Of a stretch of DNA of 64,000 bases, positions 41,286-53,123 are shown piece by piece. The stretch comes from Candidatus Freyarchaeum deiterrae (GTDB lineage Archaea; Asgardarchaeota; Jordiarchaeia; Jordiarchaeales; Jordiarchaeaceae): NCBI GenBank assembly GCA_037305845.1, contig CP147778.1, positions 32,001 to 96,000 on the forward strand. Direction: 5' to 3'. A program made the translations under genes and the position numbers. The notes under the pieces were generated by a model. That model saw only the letters and a program-made list of their open reading frames with translations. It ran no database searches and was not told where the DNA came from. Every line of letters starts with the position of its first letter. Within the stretch, counting starts at the first letter, position 1.

Positions 41286-41698
41286 TGATCCTCATTTCCT
41301 CAACCAGACCTAACTACTTTTACTCAGCTAAAAGACACATACTGATAGTAGTCTCGAATCCAACAAGCTTAGAGAGCAGAGTCTTAGGTATTAGAGAACT
41401 CTTAAATTTTGAGGACAGGGAGCTAGCTGAGGCGGCTAGAAGGGTTCTTGAAGCCGCCCTAGAGAAAATAGTTGAACTCGGGGTTCCCTTCATTCTGAGA
41501 GAGATTGGAGTGGAGGTAGATTTTGAGGATCCTTTATGGAGCTACACAGTGTTAACACTGGAAGTGTTTGTTGGGGAGGATCTGTTTGAAACTTTGAGAG
41601 AGAGCGCTGTGAATGCTGCTTACTCTGGTTTAGAGCCTGAAAAAGCTTCGCGGGTGCTGCTGGATGTTCGGCCCTATAGAGTTTCTGAAACCGGCTGA
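41285..41698 (+). CDS. Hypothetical protein, putative HEPN partner
   Basis: Acidic ORF overlapping the HEPN gene; start uncertain. Confidence 0.55.
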   Translation: MILISSTRPNYFYSAKRHILIVVSNPTSLESRVLGIRELLNFEDRELAEAARRVLEAALEKIVELGVPFILREIGVEVDFEDPLWSYTVLTLEVFVGEDLFETLRESAVNAAYSGLEPEKASRVLLDVRPYRVSETG

Positions 41699-41975
41699 AA
41701 AACTGTTAACGTATGACGAGGCAAAAATCAGAACCGCTATTAGTAGGTCTTATTATGCTTCCTTCCTCTACGTGAGGGAAGTTGCTGGTTTAGGAGGATT
41801 AAAGATGCCAAGAGTCCGCAGAGAAGCGGTCCGATTTCTCTATGGGAGGAGACCGTTTGCCGAAAACACCCTCCACCTACTAAGGCAGCGTAGAAACGAT
41901 GCAGACTACGATTTAAAATGTGTATTTTCCATATCCGAAGCAAAGCTATCAGTCAACTACGCGAAAAAATTATAG
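41664..41975 (+). CDS. HEPN (UPF0332-like) protein
   Basis: RTAISRSYYASF, LRQRRNDADY. Confidence 0.82.
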   Translation: MFGPIEFLKPAEKLLTYDEAKIRTAISRSYYASFLYVREVAGLGGLKMPRVRREAVRFLYGRRPFAENTLHLLRQRRNDADYDLKCVFSISEAKLSVNYAKKL

Positions 41976-42138
41976 GCAGCATATAATTCATCGAGTTAAT
42001 TGGAACTTTTACGAGGGGAAAGGATTCGAAAGGAGTGAAATTAGTTTTGGCTCATAATTTATTGGTGGAGAGTCGAGTTTGCTACAAAAATGTGGGCCTT
42101 TTTACTCGTGGTGGTTTCAGCCGGGTTTTCACAAAGAG

Positions 42139-42564
42139 TTACGGGCAGTGGTTTTCCACGAATTCGTTTAGCTTAGCAACTTTCAATTCGTTCACGTTTT
42201 TCCACTCTTTTTCGTACTGTTTCTCTCCTCCAGTAACCAGAACATCCGACTCTGTGGCGATGGCTGTTGAAAGGATTACGGCATCGGCTAGAGAGAAGCG
42301 GTACTTGGTCTTTAGGAGACCGGCTTTGAAGGCTACTCCTAACGTTAAGGGATTCTGTATCAGAGGGACGCTGTTTATGTAGGCAAACTGAATGCGAGCT
42401 TCTTTATCTCCGTAAAGCCGGCTTATTACGTTAACTAGTTCAGCCATCGTAATAACACTTATATGGGTTTCAAAAAGAGTTTTTGCGGCTTCAAGAACCC
42501 TTTCAGCATAGTTGTTCTCTTTATACTTCTCCACCAAAACCCATGTGTCTAGAAAAACTCTCAC
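42139..42564 (-). CDS. vapC: PIN toxin
   Basis: VFLDTWVL, TMAEL, FSLADAVILSTA, LVTG. Confidence 0.9.
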   Translation of the reverse strand: MRVFLDTWVLVEKYKENNYAERVLEAAKTLFETHISVITMAELVNVISRLYGDKEARIQFAYINSVPLIQNPLTLGVAFKAGLLKTKYRFSLADAVILSTAIATESDVLVTGGEKQYEKEWKNVNELKVAKLNEFVENHCP

Positions 42565-42818
42565 TGTGACAACTCCTTGGAAAAGCCTTCGGCACGCTTC
42601 TCTTCTTTTCTTCTCTCTTCTTCCAGTAGCCCTTCCAATCTTTCGGCTCTCGGCAGTCTCATAGCTTTAACAACATCATCGGGAAGGGGGATAACAAGGA
42701 TTGTGCCGTCTGGTAAGGCTTCAACTCTTAGGCGCTGCCCTACTTTTAATCCAAGCTTCTCCCTTACTCCCTTGGGGATTATCATCTGCCCCTTAGAGGA
42801 AAGCACTACATCAGTCAT
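42561..42818 (-). CDS. AbrB-family antitoxin
   Basis: LSSKGQMIIPKGVREKLGL; inverted repeat TTCTTAC..GTAAGAA at its start. Confidence 0.9.
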   Translation of the reverse strand: MTDVVLSSKGQMIIPKGVREKLGLKVGQRLRVEALPDGTILVIPLPDDVVKAMRLPRAERLEGLLEEERRKEEKRAEGFSKELSQ

Positions 42819-43114
42819 TCTTACCATCAACAAAAATGTAAGAAAAAAAGAATATAAGTCTTTCCAACCCACTTTTTCCCAGAATTGTGAACTTTTTGAT
42901 ATTTAGGGGTTCAACTGGGTGGACAGAATCAGTCGATAACGCCTCTTTTTTAGGGCTTCAAAGCGCGAAAAAAACTATACGAACGCTTCTTTTCGATACT
43001 CGTCAAAACTATTCTTCACCACTCCGCACAGCTTACCATAATAACTCGAAAATAACCATAAAAGAAACAAACTGTCCAAAACTGAATGAGGTAGTCGAAG
43101 AAGAAGGTAAAGCG

Positions 43115-43150
43115 TTTTCAGTTTTCATTACGGGGGACTTCTTTTGCAGT
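43115..43150 (-). repeat. Solitary degenerate CRISPR repeat
   Basis: Reverse complement reads ACTGCAAAAGAAGTCCCCCGTAATGAAAACTGAAAA. Confidence 0.7.
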
Positions 43151-43229
43151 CACCTTGACCTGTTTTTAACTATTTTTTGGAATAAAGGTGTGCTGGTGGG
43201 TTCCGTGGAGTGTATTTTTCTTCTTTACT

Positions 43230-44792
43230 TTAATAGATGAGCTTTGTTCCCGTTCCTCCGTGTTGTGTGCGTCTAATTCTTATTTCGGTCACTATGGGGT
43301 GCTGGGTAGCTACTCCTGAGGCTATGGCTATACCGTTGGGCAGAAGCGGTATACGTCCAATGTCATCCGTACTTGAATAGTCGAGGTAGGGTTTGAGGTA
43401 TTCCAGGTCGTAGTTTCCTTCTATGCGTAGTATTATTTTTGTTCCACACTGGCTTAAAATGTCTTTGTCCAATCCAGCGATTCTCTGACTGGTGATACAC
43501 AGTCCTAATCCGAACTTTCTTCCCTCGCGGGCTATTTTGCGCATCTGTCTCCTGCTGTAAGTGTTAGTTTCCTGGGGTGCGAAGCGGTGGCTCTCCTCCA
43601 CCACCACTAGTGCGGGCGGAATGGTGCCTCTTTTTCGGGCTTGGAAGACTTTTTGGAGCGCGACGCCTGCAATTATTCTTCTTACCCTCTCGTCCATGTC
43701 TTCGCTCAAATCGATTATGCTTAGAACCCCGGGTTTGACGATGTCGCTAGTGTTGAAGCCTTCTCCAAATATGCCCAGCTCTCTCAGAACCATTATCCTC
43801 CTCACTGTTGAGAGGACTGTGTTTTTCTGAAATTTCCACTCTTCAGCCGCATCCTCCACTGCCTCAGTTAGAGTTTCGGGGTCGTAGGATTGCTTATCCA
43901 CACTCAGCCTCTTCATTGCTAGGAAGAGGAGGTCGGACTGGACATCACTCATTCCGCAGATTTCGCTTATGGCGTAGGCGTCCAAATCACTCATATTTAT
44001 GGTGAGTTCGCTTCCACCGTTTTTGCCCAAGCCTTTGGGAAAATAGCTGACCGCCCTGTAGCCCTTGGGGGTAATCCCAAACTCTGGGGAGCGTTCAATC
44101 TCCTCCGGATTCTTGTTCGGCTGCCTGAATGTGTTGTACTCTCCGTGGGGGTCGATAACCAGTACTGGAAGATTCTTCTCCAAGAGTTCCTCTATGAGCA
44201 CTCCCACCGCGTAGGATTTTCCGCTTCCAGTGGCTCCCAAAACGGCTACATGGTGTCTCACCAGCTTATCGGGATCCAACAATACCTTTATAGCGTTGTT
44301 TCCCCTCATCAAACCGATGTAGAGTCCGTCGCTGGGCAATCCCAAAAAGCGGTTGAGCAGTTTGGTATCCGCTCGGTAAACGATGTTGCCAGGCTCTGGA
44401 GCGTCCTCCGGGGGAAGTATTCTCTCGTTCTTAACTAGTCCCACCACTTTGACTCGTGCCACTCTCCATCTGCTGGACCTCGTGGGGAATCTTGAGTCTA
44501 CTGTTATTCCGCGGGTAATGTGATACTTAACAAATTCGGGATCCGTGTAGTACTCGTTGTAAGCTTGAATGGTGGAAACTCGGCCTACGAGTACACTGAG
44601 CCCCAGGGGCACCTCAACGTATTCCCCTACCTTTACTTCGGATTCCTCCGCTATTTGAAAATTAAAATTCAGGTGATTAGGAGTGTTTCCCTCACAGATG
44701 ATGACTCCCAAATCCGACTTGTTTTCCCCCTTAGGGGTATGGTTTTCATTTTCACTACTCTTTCTTTGCATCCTCTTTTTTCCTCCCTGCAC
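43230..44792 (-). CDS. herA: HerA-family ATPase/translocase with HAS barrel
   Basis: VGEYV HAS barrel; HVAVLGATGSGKS; DPHGEY; VEESHRF; AREGRKFG; SQR. Confidence 0.92.
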   Translation of the reverse strand: MQGGKKRMQRKSSENENHTPKGENKSDLGVIICEGNTPNHLNFNFQIAEESEVKVGEYVEVPLGLSVLVGRVSTIQAYNEYYTDPEFVKYHITRGITVDSRFPTRSSRWRVARVKVVGLVKNERILPPEDAPEPGNIVYRADTKLLNRFLGLPSDGLYIGLMRGNNAIKVLLDPDKLVRHHVAVLGATGSGKSYAVGVLIEELLEKNLPVLVIDPHGEYNTFRQPNKNPEEIERSPEFGITPKGYRAVSYFPKGLGKNGGSELTINMSDLDAYAISEICGMSDVQSDLLFLAMKRLSVDKQSYDPETLTEAVEDAAEEWKFQKNTVLSTVRRIMVLRELGIFGEGFNTSDIVKPGVLSIIDLSEDMDERVRRIIAGVALQKVFQARKRGTIPPALVVVEESHRFAPQETNTYSRRQMRKIAREGRKFGLGLCITSQRIAGLDKDILSQCGTKIILRIEGNYDLEYLKPYLDYSSTDDIGRIPLLPNGIAIASGVATQHPIVTEIRIRRTQHGGTGTKLIY

Positions 44793-46230
44793 GCTTTAGG
44801 CGTCTTAGGTCTCGTGTTCTTTGAAGCTCGTCCCACATGCCCATCAGTCCTGCTTTAAGCGAACCCTTAACCGCTCTCATTAGCTGCTCCAGATTAACCA
44901 CAGCCACATTTTTCGCCGAGGAAACCACGCTAGGACCCCCCTCGAATCGGGTTCTCAGTGGAATGGATGAGAGGCTGAAGGCTAGGTCTGCAATCTGTTT
45001 CTGATCCTCAAGCGGGTTCTTCGAAACGAACTCGTACTTGGTGACCAAAGGTTTCTTCATAACGTAGAACTCGTAATTGTCCTCAGTAGGGGGCTTATCC
45101 TTCTCGTGTCCCCTATCTATCAGGCAGGTGGTGTCTCCGTCCTCCAAAACCATGGAGAGGAAATTCAGGTCGTTGGTTGAACCTATCTCCTGCCCCAAGA
45201 CTCTACGGACTATTTTGAAGAAAAAGTTATCCATAGATATGGGCACCACACCCACCGGGATTACTCCACTATTTTTCGCGGTTTCAAGAAATTTGTAGTA
45301 TAGCTCGTGGCACCGGTCTCTCAAACGCACCAACTCTTTTGAGTAAACCATAAATCCGTGCGGGGCTAGTGAACCCAGTTTGAAGTAGACCCGGAACTTG
45401 TCACTGTGCTCCTCAATCATCTCCATTGCCAACCTATAGTGCTGAATCTCCCTCAGGTAACGGGCGGCGATACTCCTACCAGCTTCCAAAAGCTCCGGAA
45501 AATCAGTCGACATCTCAAAGAACGGCTCCCCCTCCACGAACGGCTCAAACCCCCCATAAGAGTGAAGATCTGGAATGTAGTGGGACAGAGACTTGCTCTG
45601 ATCCAAGATGTTTTTGTCAAAAAAACCCAGATACGCGCCACTACTCAGAGCAACCACAGAGAGCAGGGAAAAATCGAGAAGCGCCCAGTGCTCCAATCTA
45701 TGAGCGGAAGCCGAGCCGCAAACAAAAACATTGTCCAAAACTAGGTCCCGCGCATACTTTGACAAAACTAGAGTTTCACCAAGCAAACGATCCGCATACT
45801 CCGTGTCCTCCACCCTAACCCCAGACAGCCTCTCCCTAACCTCGCCCCCCAGTATCTTGGGAAAATCGAGTTTTTCCAGAAGCCGGCGAACCTTATCCGA
45901 AACCGAAATCAGCTCCGCCTGAGCAGCAATATCCTGACCCACAAAGTCCTCGACTAGCACGGCGGACTTGGGTTCAAAGAGCAGCTCGCTCGTCACATCG
46001 TCGATTCTGCTGGTATTCACCCGATACCTTCCCGCTCCCTCATAGGCTAGAACATCTAGGTTTGAGAGGTCGTCCAGATAATCTTTAACCGAGCGCTCGG
46101 TTAGATCCACTTTATCAGCCAAGGAGGCTACATTCACCACTCCCTGCTCCGTGAATACTTCCAAGCAGGCGTTTAGAATGAGCGTCAGTCTCGCACGGTA
46201 GGTTGACCCGGTCCGCCCCATCTTAATCAC
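44755..46230 (-). CDS. wHTH fused to NurA-like domain with substituted catalytic residues
   Basis: N-terminal wHTH; NurA-like motif order CGSAS / KLGSL / GVVP / DLNFL..L.DG / FYV / GGP...AK; overlaps herA. Confidence 0.75.
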   Translation of the reverse strand: MIKMGRTGSTYRARLTLILNACLEVFTEQGVVNVASLADKVDLTERSVKDYLDDLSNLDVLAYEGAGRYRVNTSRIDDVTSELLFEPKSAVLVEDFVGQDIAAQAELISVSDKVRRLLEKLDFPKILGGEVRERLSGVRVEDTEYADRLLGETLVLSKYARDLVLDNVFVCGSASAHRLEHWALLDFSLLSVVALSSGAYLGFFDKNILDQSKSLSHYIPDLHSYGGFEPFVEGEPFFEMSTDFPELLEAGRSIAARYLREIQHYRLAMEMIEEHSDKFRVYFKLGSLAPHGFMVYSKELVRLRDRCHELYYKFLETAKNSGVIPVGVVPISMDNFFFKIVRRVLGQEIGSTNDLNFLSMVLEDGDTTCLIDRGHEKDKPPTEDNYEFYVMKKPLVTKYEFVSKNPLEDQKQIADLAFSLSSIPLRTRFEGGPSVVSSAKNVAVVNLEQLMRAVKGSLKAGLMGMWDELQRTRDLRRLKRAGRKKEDAKKE

Positions 46231-46675
46231 TTCACTCTATATCCAAATCCGAAGTATATTTCAAATCTGTATAATTATATCCACAAAAACAATATAAACA
46301 CACCGACAACACAAAACAAACCTTCAAAAAACAAAAAAAACAGCAAACAAAAAACCCTAAACCACTATAAAAACAGCAGCAACTAAAAAATTAAATGAAA
46401 AACTGAAAAAATAAAACCTGAACACCATATCACTTCCACCAGAAATTAAGGGGAACCTAAAACAGTGAAAAAGCCGCAAAACACCCCGAAAAACTAAAAA
46501 ACCACGCAAAACATCCAAAAAATCCGCTAAGAAAAAAAATAGAATAGAAAAACGAAAACCAAAACTATCAAAATCCAGAAAGCAGAAACCAGATTTCCCA
46601 AAGTCTAAACAACATAAAGGAGATATACTACATACTCAGAAAAGCCGAAGAAGGCATAACAAACCCTTTCGATTA

Positions 46676-46784
46676 CTCGAACACATTTATAAAGAGCATG
46701 CATTTTTCCTAGTGTTCGAGTGAAACCTCCCAAAAGAAGCTTTTATAAGCCTATAAACCCAAAAATAAGTAATATAATATAACC
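46676..46784 (+). promoter_or_regulatory. Main CRISPR leader
   Basis: AT-rich; BRE/TATA-like CAAAAGAAGCTTTTATAA about 45 bp before repeat 1; 9-bp inverted repeat CTCGAACAC/GTGTTCGAG. Confidence 0.85.
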
Positions 46785-49700
46785 CTTGCAAAAGAAGTTC
46801 CTCAGTAACGAGGATTGAAAGTACCACGTATTCGGAGCATAGTTAGCATTATAACCGCTTGCAAAAGAAGTTCCTCAGTAACGAGGATTGAAAGAAAAAT
46901 TGGATGAAGTGCTAGTCGAAATTGAATTAATACTTGCAAAAGAAGTTCCTCAGTAACGAGGATTGAAAGTAATATCCTTCTACAGCACCATAAGGTGTGA
47001 TATTTCCTTGCAAAAGAAGTTCCTCAGTAACGAGGATTGAAAGATGACTGAGTAGTAGAGCAACTGCATCTCGTTGTTACTTGCAAAAGAAGTTCCTCAG
47101 TAACGAGGATTGAAAGGAACCTCTCCGCTCCAAACCCAAAAAGTAGCTGAAACCACTTGCAAAAGAAGTTCCTCAGTAACGAGGATTGAAAGAAGGATAA
47201 AACTGCAATAAAAGAGGAAATGATTAACTTGCAAAAGAAGTTCCTCAGTAACGAGGATTGAAAGAACAAAAGAAAAGATACATATTCGTTAAAGGCAGCA
47301 ACTTGCAAAAGAAGTTCCTCAGTAACGAGGATTGAAAGTTCCCCGACGATGCGACTGAAAGCCGAACATTAACACATCTTGCAAAAGAAGTTCCTCAGTA
47401 ACGAGGATTGAAAGCAAGAAACAGACCTTGTAGATTCATGGATACTTATCCCTTGCAAAAGAAGTTCCTCAGTAACGAGGATTGAAAGTATTTTAAGGTT
47501 CGAACGCAGGGACCGGAGCGTGTTCCTCTTGCAAAAGAAGTTCCTCAGTAACGAGGATTGAAAGGTCAAGGTAAGTTCTAGGATTCTTACTGGTGAAAAG
47601 CTTGCAAAAGAAGTTCCTCAGTAACGAGGATTGAAAGACAGAAAAAAAAGAGATTATTTTATGAACTCCTAAAACTTGCAAAAGAAGTTCCTCAGTAACG
47701 AGGATTGAAAGGACCTAAAAGGTAGGTCTAAAATCTTGATCAAAAACGTCTTGCAAAAGAAGTTCCTCAGTAACGAGGATTGAAAGTATTATTCTACATA
47801 TATATGACCTAACGTAATACAGCTTGCAAAAGAAGTTCCTCAGTAACGAGGATTGAAAGTTTACGATATTCAAACTAAACGATTTAGGAAATCCAACTTG
47901 CAAAAGAAGTTCCTCAGTAACGAGGATTGAAAGTATCTTTTCTAAATCTTCCCTCTTAAAAAAGGGCTTAAACCTTGCAAAAGAAGTTCCTCAGTAACGA
48001 GGATTGAAAGGATCCCAGCCCGCGCTGAAAAGCACTAAATAGAATATTACTTGCAAAAGAAGTTCCTCAGTAACGAGGATTGAAAGTAATAGACTTTGAT
48101 TAGGAATTAGATTATTTAAGCTAGGACTTGCAAAAGAAGTTCCTCAGTAACGAGGATTGAAAGCCTTTCAGGAGATTAGACCCAACCGAAAGCATTGAGC
48201 GGGGCTTGCAAAAGAAGTTCCTCAGTAACGAGGATTGAAAGGAATAGAGCGGTTAGGACTCCGCCTGCAATTCCCAGCTTGCAAAAGAAGTTCCTCAGTA
48301 ACGAGGATTGAAAGTAGCCCCGATACCGCAGGTGAGACCGCAAGAGTCGAACTTGCAAAAGAAGTTCCTCAGTAACGAGGATTGAAAGTCAACGTTTTCT
48401 TACAATTCAAACCTTCTCTATCACAACTTGCAAAAGAAGTTCCTCAGTAACGAGGATTGAAAGTTCCGAGTAACACCACCAGTTATCGCAAAATGATTCT
48501 TGTCTTGCAAAAGAAGTTCCTCAGTAACGAGGATTGAAAGAACTTTAACTCGATTAGAGATCCAAGGGACCCAGTTCCTTGCAAAAGAAGTTCCTCAGTA
48601 ACGAGGATTGAAAGTGGTGGCGACAAGTCTCACCGCAGAAACTGTTCGGAAACTTGCAAAAGAAGTTCCTCAGTAACGAGGATTGAAAGTATCTAATGCG
48701 TCAAATCCACCTAAAACAAATTCTAACTTGCAAAAGAAGTTCCTCAGTAACGAGGATTGAAAGTCTCAGCCGAATGCGTGGGATTTAATAACGAAGAAGA
48801 AACTTGCAAAAGAAGTTCCTCAGTAACGAGGATTGAAAGATTTAACAGAAACGATGAAGCAAAAGCGTACATTAACTTGCAAAAGAAGTTCCTCAGTAAC
48901 GAGGATTGAAAGTCATCGGTTAGTGAGATTACTAGTTATTTAGATTTTGCTTGCAAAAGAAGTTCCTCAGTAACGAGGATTGAAAGGAGAAGTCTTTATG
49001 CTTCCTGATCCAAACTACTTTTTACTTGCAAAAGAAGTTCCTCAGTAACGAGGATTGAAAGTCTTCTCCAGCTTCAGCGCAAACGCGGTTTTATGGAGCA
49101 CTTGCAAAAGAAGTTCCTCAGTAACGAGGATTGAAAGACGAATAATAGGAGATGAGAAACGTGAGCAGAATAGCTTGCAAAAGAAGTTCCTCAGTAACGA
49201 GGATTGAAAGTCATCTCGATAAGCTCCTTTAATGAATTGATACTTCACTTGCAAAAGAAGTTCCTCAGTAACGAGGATTGAAAGTTAGAGGATGTAGCAA
49301 TCAAGAAGACCCTCAGTAAACTTGCAAAAGAAGTTCCTCAGTAACGAGGATTGAAAGCAAAAAATGCGATAATAATGAAGCTGTTTCTAAAACTCTTGCA
49401 AAAGAAGTTCCTCAGTAACGAGGATTGAAAGAATTATTAGAATTAGGAGCAAAAACAACCTGTCCCGACTTGCAAAAGAAGTTCCTCAGTAACGAGGATT
49501 GAAAGGTAATGAGACAATAAACTTGGAGATTTACGATAAAGCTTGCAAAAGAAGTTCCTCAGTAACGAGGATTGAAAGTCACATCCTCCTCACCCTCATC
49601 CGCCCCACAGTACCCGCCTTGCAAAAGAAGTTCCTCAGTAACGAGGATTGAAAGTAAAAACAGAGGAACTTTTGAAGCCTCTGCTTGTTGAAACTTGCAA

Positions 49701-52630
49701 AAGAAGTTCCTCAGTAACGAGGATTGAAAGTTTATGTTGGGAATATTCACTCGTAAACCTAAAAGAAACTTGCAAAAGAAGTTCCTCAGTAACGAGGATT
49801 GAAAGACATGTCACCGGAACAGTACGCCGGAAAAGAGAGCGCTTGCAAAAGAAGTTCCTCAGTAACGAGGATTGAAAGTCCTTCTCCTTTTCTGGGTCCT
49901 TGTACATTTTCTTGCTTGCAAAAGAAGTTCCTCAGTAACGAGGATTGAAAGGGTATGATTGTGGAGCGGGTTATGGATGAGCGGGGACTTGCAAAAGAAG
50001 TTCCTCAGTAACGAGGATTGAAAGCTGTATAGAAGTAGCTTGTATATTGCGCCACATACCTGAACTTGCAAAAGAAGTTCCTCAGTAACGAGGATTGAAA
50101 GCAAAATAGGCGCCCTAAAATCACAACTCAGTTTTTAACTTGCAAAAGAAGTTCCTCAGTAACGAGGATTGAAAGTTAATTCGCTTAGTTGACAGATATA
50201 GACGTGTTTATCTTGCAAAAGAAGTTCCTCAGTAACGAGGATTGAAAGGGTATTCCAACCGCATATACTATCTCCGTTAAGTTCACTTGCAAAAGAAGTT
50301 CCTCAGTAACGAGGATTGAAAGTAACCAAGAATGTTCCGGTGAGTGATATTCAATCATTCTTGCAAAAGAAGTTCCTCAGTAACGAGGATTGAAAGTACA
50401 CGTACCAAGTGGAACCCAGAAACAGGAGCAGAAGCTTGCAAAAGAAGTTCCTCAGTAACGAGGATTGAAAGGGATTAGCTCCGCTAAGAGTATCTGAGTA
50501 TTACACACCACTTGCAAAAGAAGTTCCTCAGTAACGAGGATTGAAAGTGTTCCATTAAAATCACCAAGAATAAAAGAACAAATAGCTTGCAAAAGAAGTT
50601 CCTCAGTAACGAGGATTGAAAGTAATTTCTTTCATATTTTTCACCATTTTCTTTTTTTAACTTGCAAAAGAAGTTCCTCAGTAACGAGGATTGAAAGAGA
50701 AACGAGTTGAACAGATCGCAACTAGAAGCCCTCACTTGCAAAAGAAGTTCCTCAGTAACGAGGATTGAAAGTTCTTTTTGAAAAATATCCCACGAATCTT
50801 TATCTGATGCTTGCAAAAGAAGTTCCTCAGTAACGAGGATTGAAAGTGTTGTTTCTCTAAGTATTCTATACGGTTTTTTAATCTTGCAAAAGAAGTTCCT
50901 CAGTAACGAGGATTGAAAGTGTTATGCTGATTTCCTTTATATGGCAACAAAAATAGCTTGCAAAAGAAGTTCCTCAGTAACGAGGATTGAAAGAATAGGT
51001 CATGGGTACACCTTAAATAAAGGTGTACTCTTCTTGCAAAAGAAGTTCCTCAGTAACGAGGATTGAAAGACTACTAGACCACGAAATAATCTACAAGGAC
51101 AAACAACTTGCAAAAGAAGTTCCTCAGTAACGAGGATTGAAAGAAAGAAATTGATGTGAAGGAAAGAATCAAGGAATGCACTTGCAAAAGAAGTTCCTCA
51201 GTAACGAGGATTGAAAGGTTTGGGGGCTGATTAATACCGCAACATTTCTAGTGGGCTTGCAAAAGAAGTTCCTCAGTAACGAGGATTGAAAGGATTCTTG
51301 GACATTCCAAGCGGGATGGAACATGACAAGCTCTTGCAAAAGAAGTTCCTCAGTAACGAGGATTGAAAGATGCCTATAATTACGAAGACTAAAATAAGAC
51401 TTAAGATACTTGCAAAAGAAGTTCCTCAGTAACGAGGATTGAAAGATTTACTTCTGGTTCTTTGTAGTAGGTTACAGAGTTGTACTTGCAAAAGCAGTTC
51501 CTCAGTAACGAGGATTGAAAGTAGTAAATTGGTTTTTTCTCAATCTCATTATATTTCAACTTGCAAAAGAAGTTCCTCAGTAACGAGGATTGAAAGACTC
51601 CGTGCCCTATTCCCCACGGTGGATCCGTTGCACAACTTGCAAAAGAAGTTCCTCAGTAACGAGGATTGAAAGACGGTGAACGGTCACAGTCCCTCGACCG
51701 CTGTTCAGGTCTTGCAAAAGAAGTTCCTCAGTAACGAGGATTGAAAGCATAAGACTACCCATAAGATTCTCGCTAACACTAGACACTTGCAAAAGAAGTT
51801 CCTCAGTAACGAGGATTGAAAGTAATGGACCAATCTGTTCTTTGAGAGAATTTAGTAACTTGCAAAAGAAGTTCCTCAGTAACGAGGATTGAAAGCTTTT
51901 CTTTCACGAAACGTACTTGATTCTACGTAATAGCTTGCAAAAGAAGTTCCTCAGTAACGAGGATTGAAAGTTGCGCTTTTAATGCAGGATAAAAGGGATT
52001 TGACTACTTGCAAAAGAAGTTCCTCAGTAACGAGGATTGAAAGGATCCTCCGTGACTATGTGTTTGAATTTTTCTTTCTGCCTTGCAAAAGAAGTTCCTC
52101 AGTAACGAGGATTGAAAGGTTAAATGCTCTTGACGATTCATCGTGGGGTGCTTGGGCTTGCAAAAGAAGTTCCTCAGTAACGAGGATTGAAAGTCAAGTC
52201 AATCTTGGAGCTTCAAGGATTTGAATTACTCTTGCAAAAGAAGTTCCTCAGTAACGAGGATTGAAAGTCAGGGTTATCGAACTGAAGGTCCTTGCAGACC
52301 TCCTTGCAAAAGAAGTTCCTCAGTAACGAGGATTGAAAGTCCAACTGCGGCAGCTTGTTCGTGGCCATAATTATTTCTTGCAAAAGAAGTTCCTCAGTAA
52401 CGAGGATTGAAAGATTTTCTTCGTTATGCAGTTGAAGAACATGGAGTGAGTCTTGCAAAAGAAGTTCCTCAGTAACGAGGATTGAAAGTGTACCTATTAC
52501 GCGTGGGAGGGATGCTTTTTGGGACTTGCAAAAGAAGTTCCTCAGTAACGAGGATTGAAAGTATATTTTCATCCTCCTATTCGGTTCTTAAATATTCGCA
52601 CTTGCAAAAGAAGTTCCTCAGAAACGAGGA
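46785..52630 (+). CRISPR. CRISPR array 2 (about 79 repeats, 78 spacers)
   Basis: CTTGCAAAAGAAGTTCCTCAGTAACGAGGATTGAAAG with about 74-bp period; terminal repeat at 52601 is degenerate. Confidence 0.99.
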
Positions 52631-52647
52631 AGTTGATAATATCGAAG

Positions 52648-53123
52648 TTACAGAACTTCATCAAGACTTTCAACTGGAGAATAGAATCCCATTTTTATCA
52701 TTTCTGATAGTAAATGATTCCCCTGTTCCTTCGTAACAATTTTTTTGTCTACCGCTAAAACCAGTATACCGATTGTACCCGATACGGGGACACTAAGTTT
52801 TTGGGCGTGTCTTCTTGCGTCCCAATCATCGGTGAGTATTTTGAAGCCTCTGGTTTTTGCAACAGCTATGCAGGATGCTTCTCCTTTTCCTAATTTTTCA
52901 GCAAGTTTGTAGAAAAGCTCTGTTTCTTCTGAATTCATTTCTAAAATGTTTATTCGGCCCCATTCTGCGTCTGGGGTAACGCCTCTTTCTATTCCAAATT
53001 TTATTTCTTCGACTACTTCGCGAGTAGTGTATAGAGATTTACCACGGCTTTTTGAAGTATGTTCAATCTTTTGGTAAGTAGAAAATTTGAAATAACAGTA
53101 GTGTTTGCAATCACTTTTCCCAT
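52648..53123 (-). pseudogene. PIN/DUF3368-like toxin, frameshifted
   Basis: MGKVIANTTVISNF... shifts near 53030 into LGKGEASCI, LTDD..AR, GTIGIL. Confidence 0.8.

Noticed and set aside
46290-46620. A/C-rich low-complexity tract (similar at 35850-35930)
   Set aside because: No periodicity or ORF; treated as compositional skew upstream of promoters
46785-52736. Many short ORFs across the arrays (also 46-270, 678-875, 5307-5540, 7984-8208)
   Set aside because: Translations of repeats and spacers (recurring FQSSLLRNFFCK / LSILVTEELLLQ)
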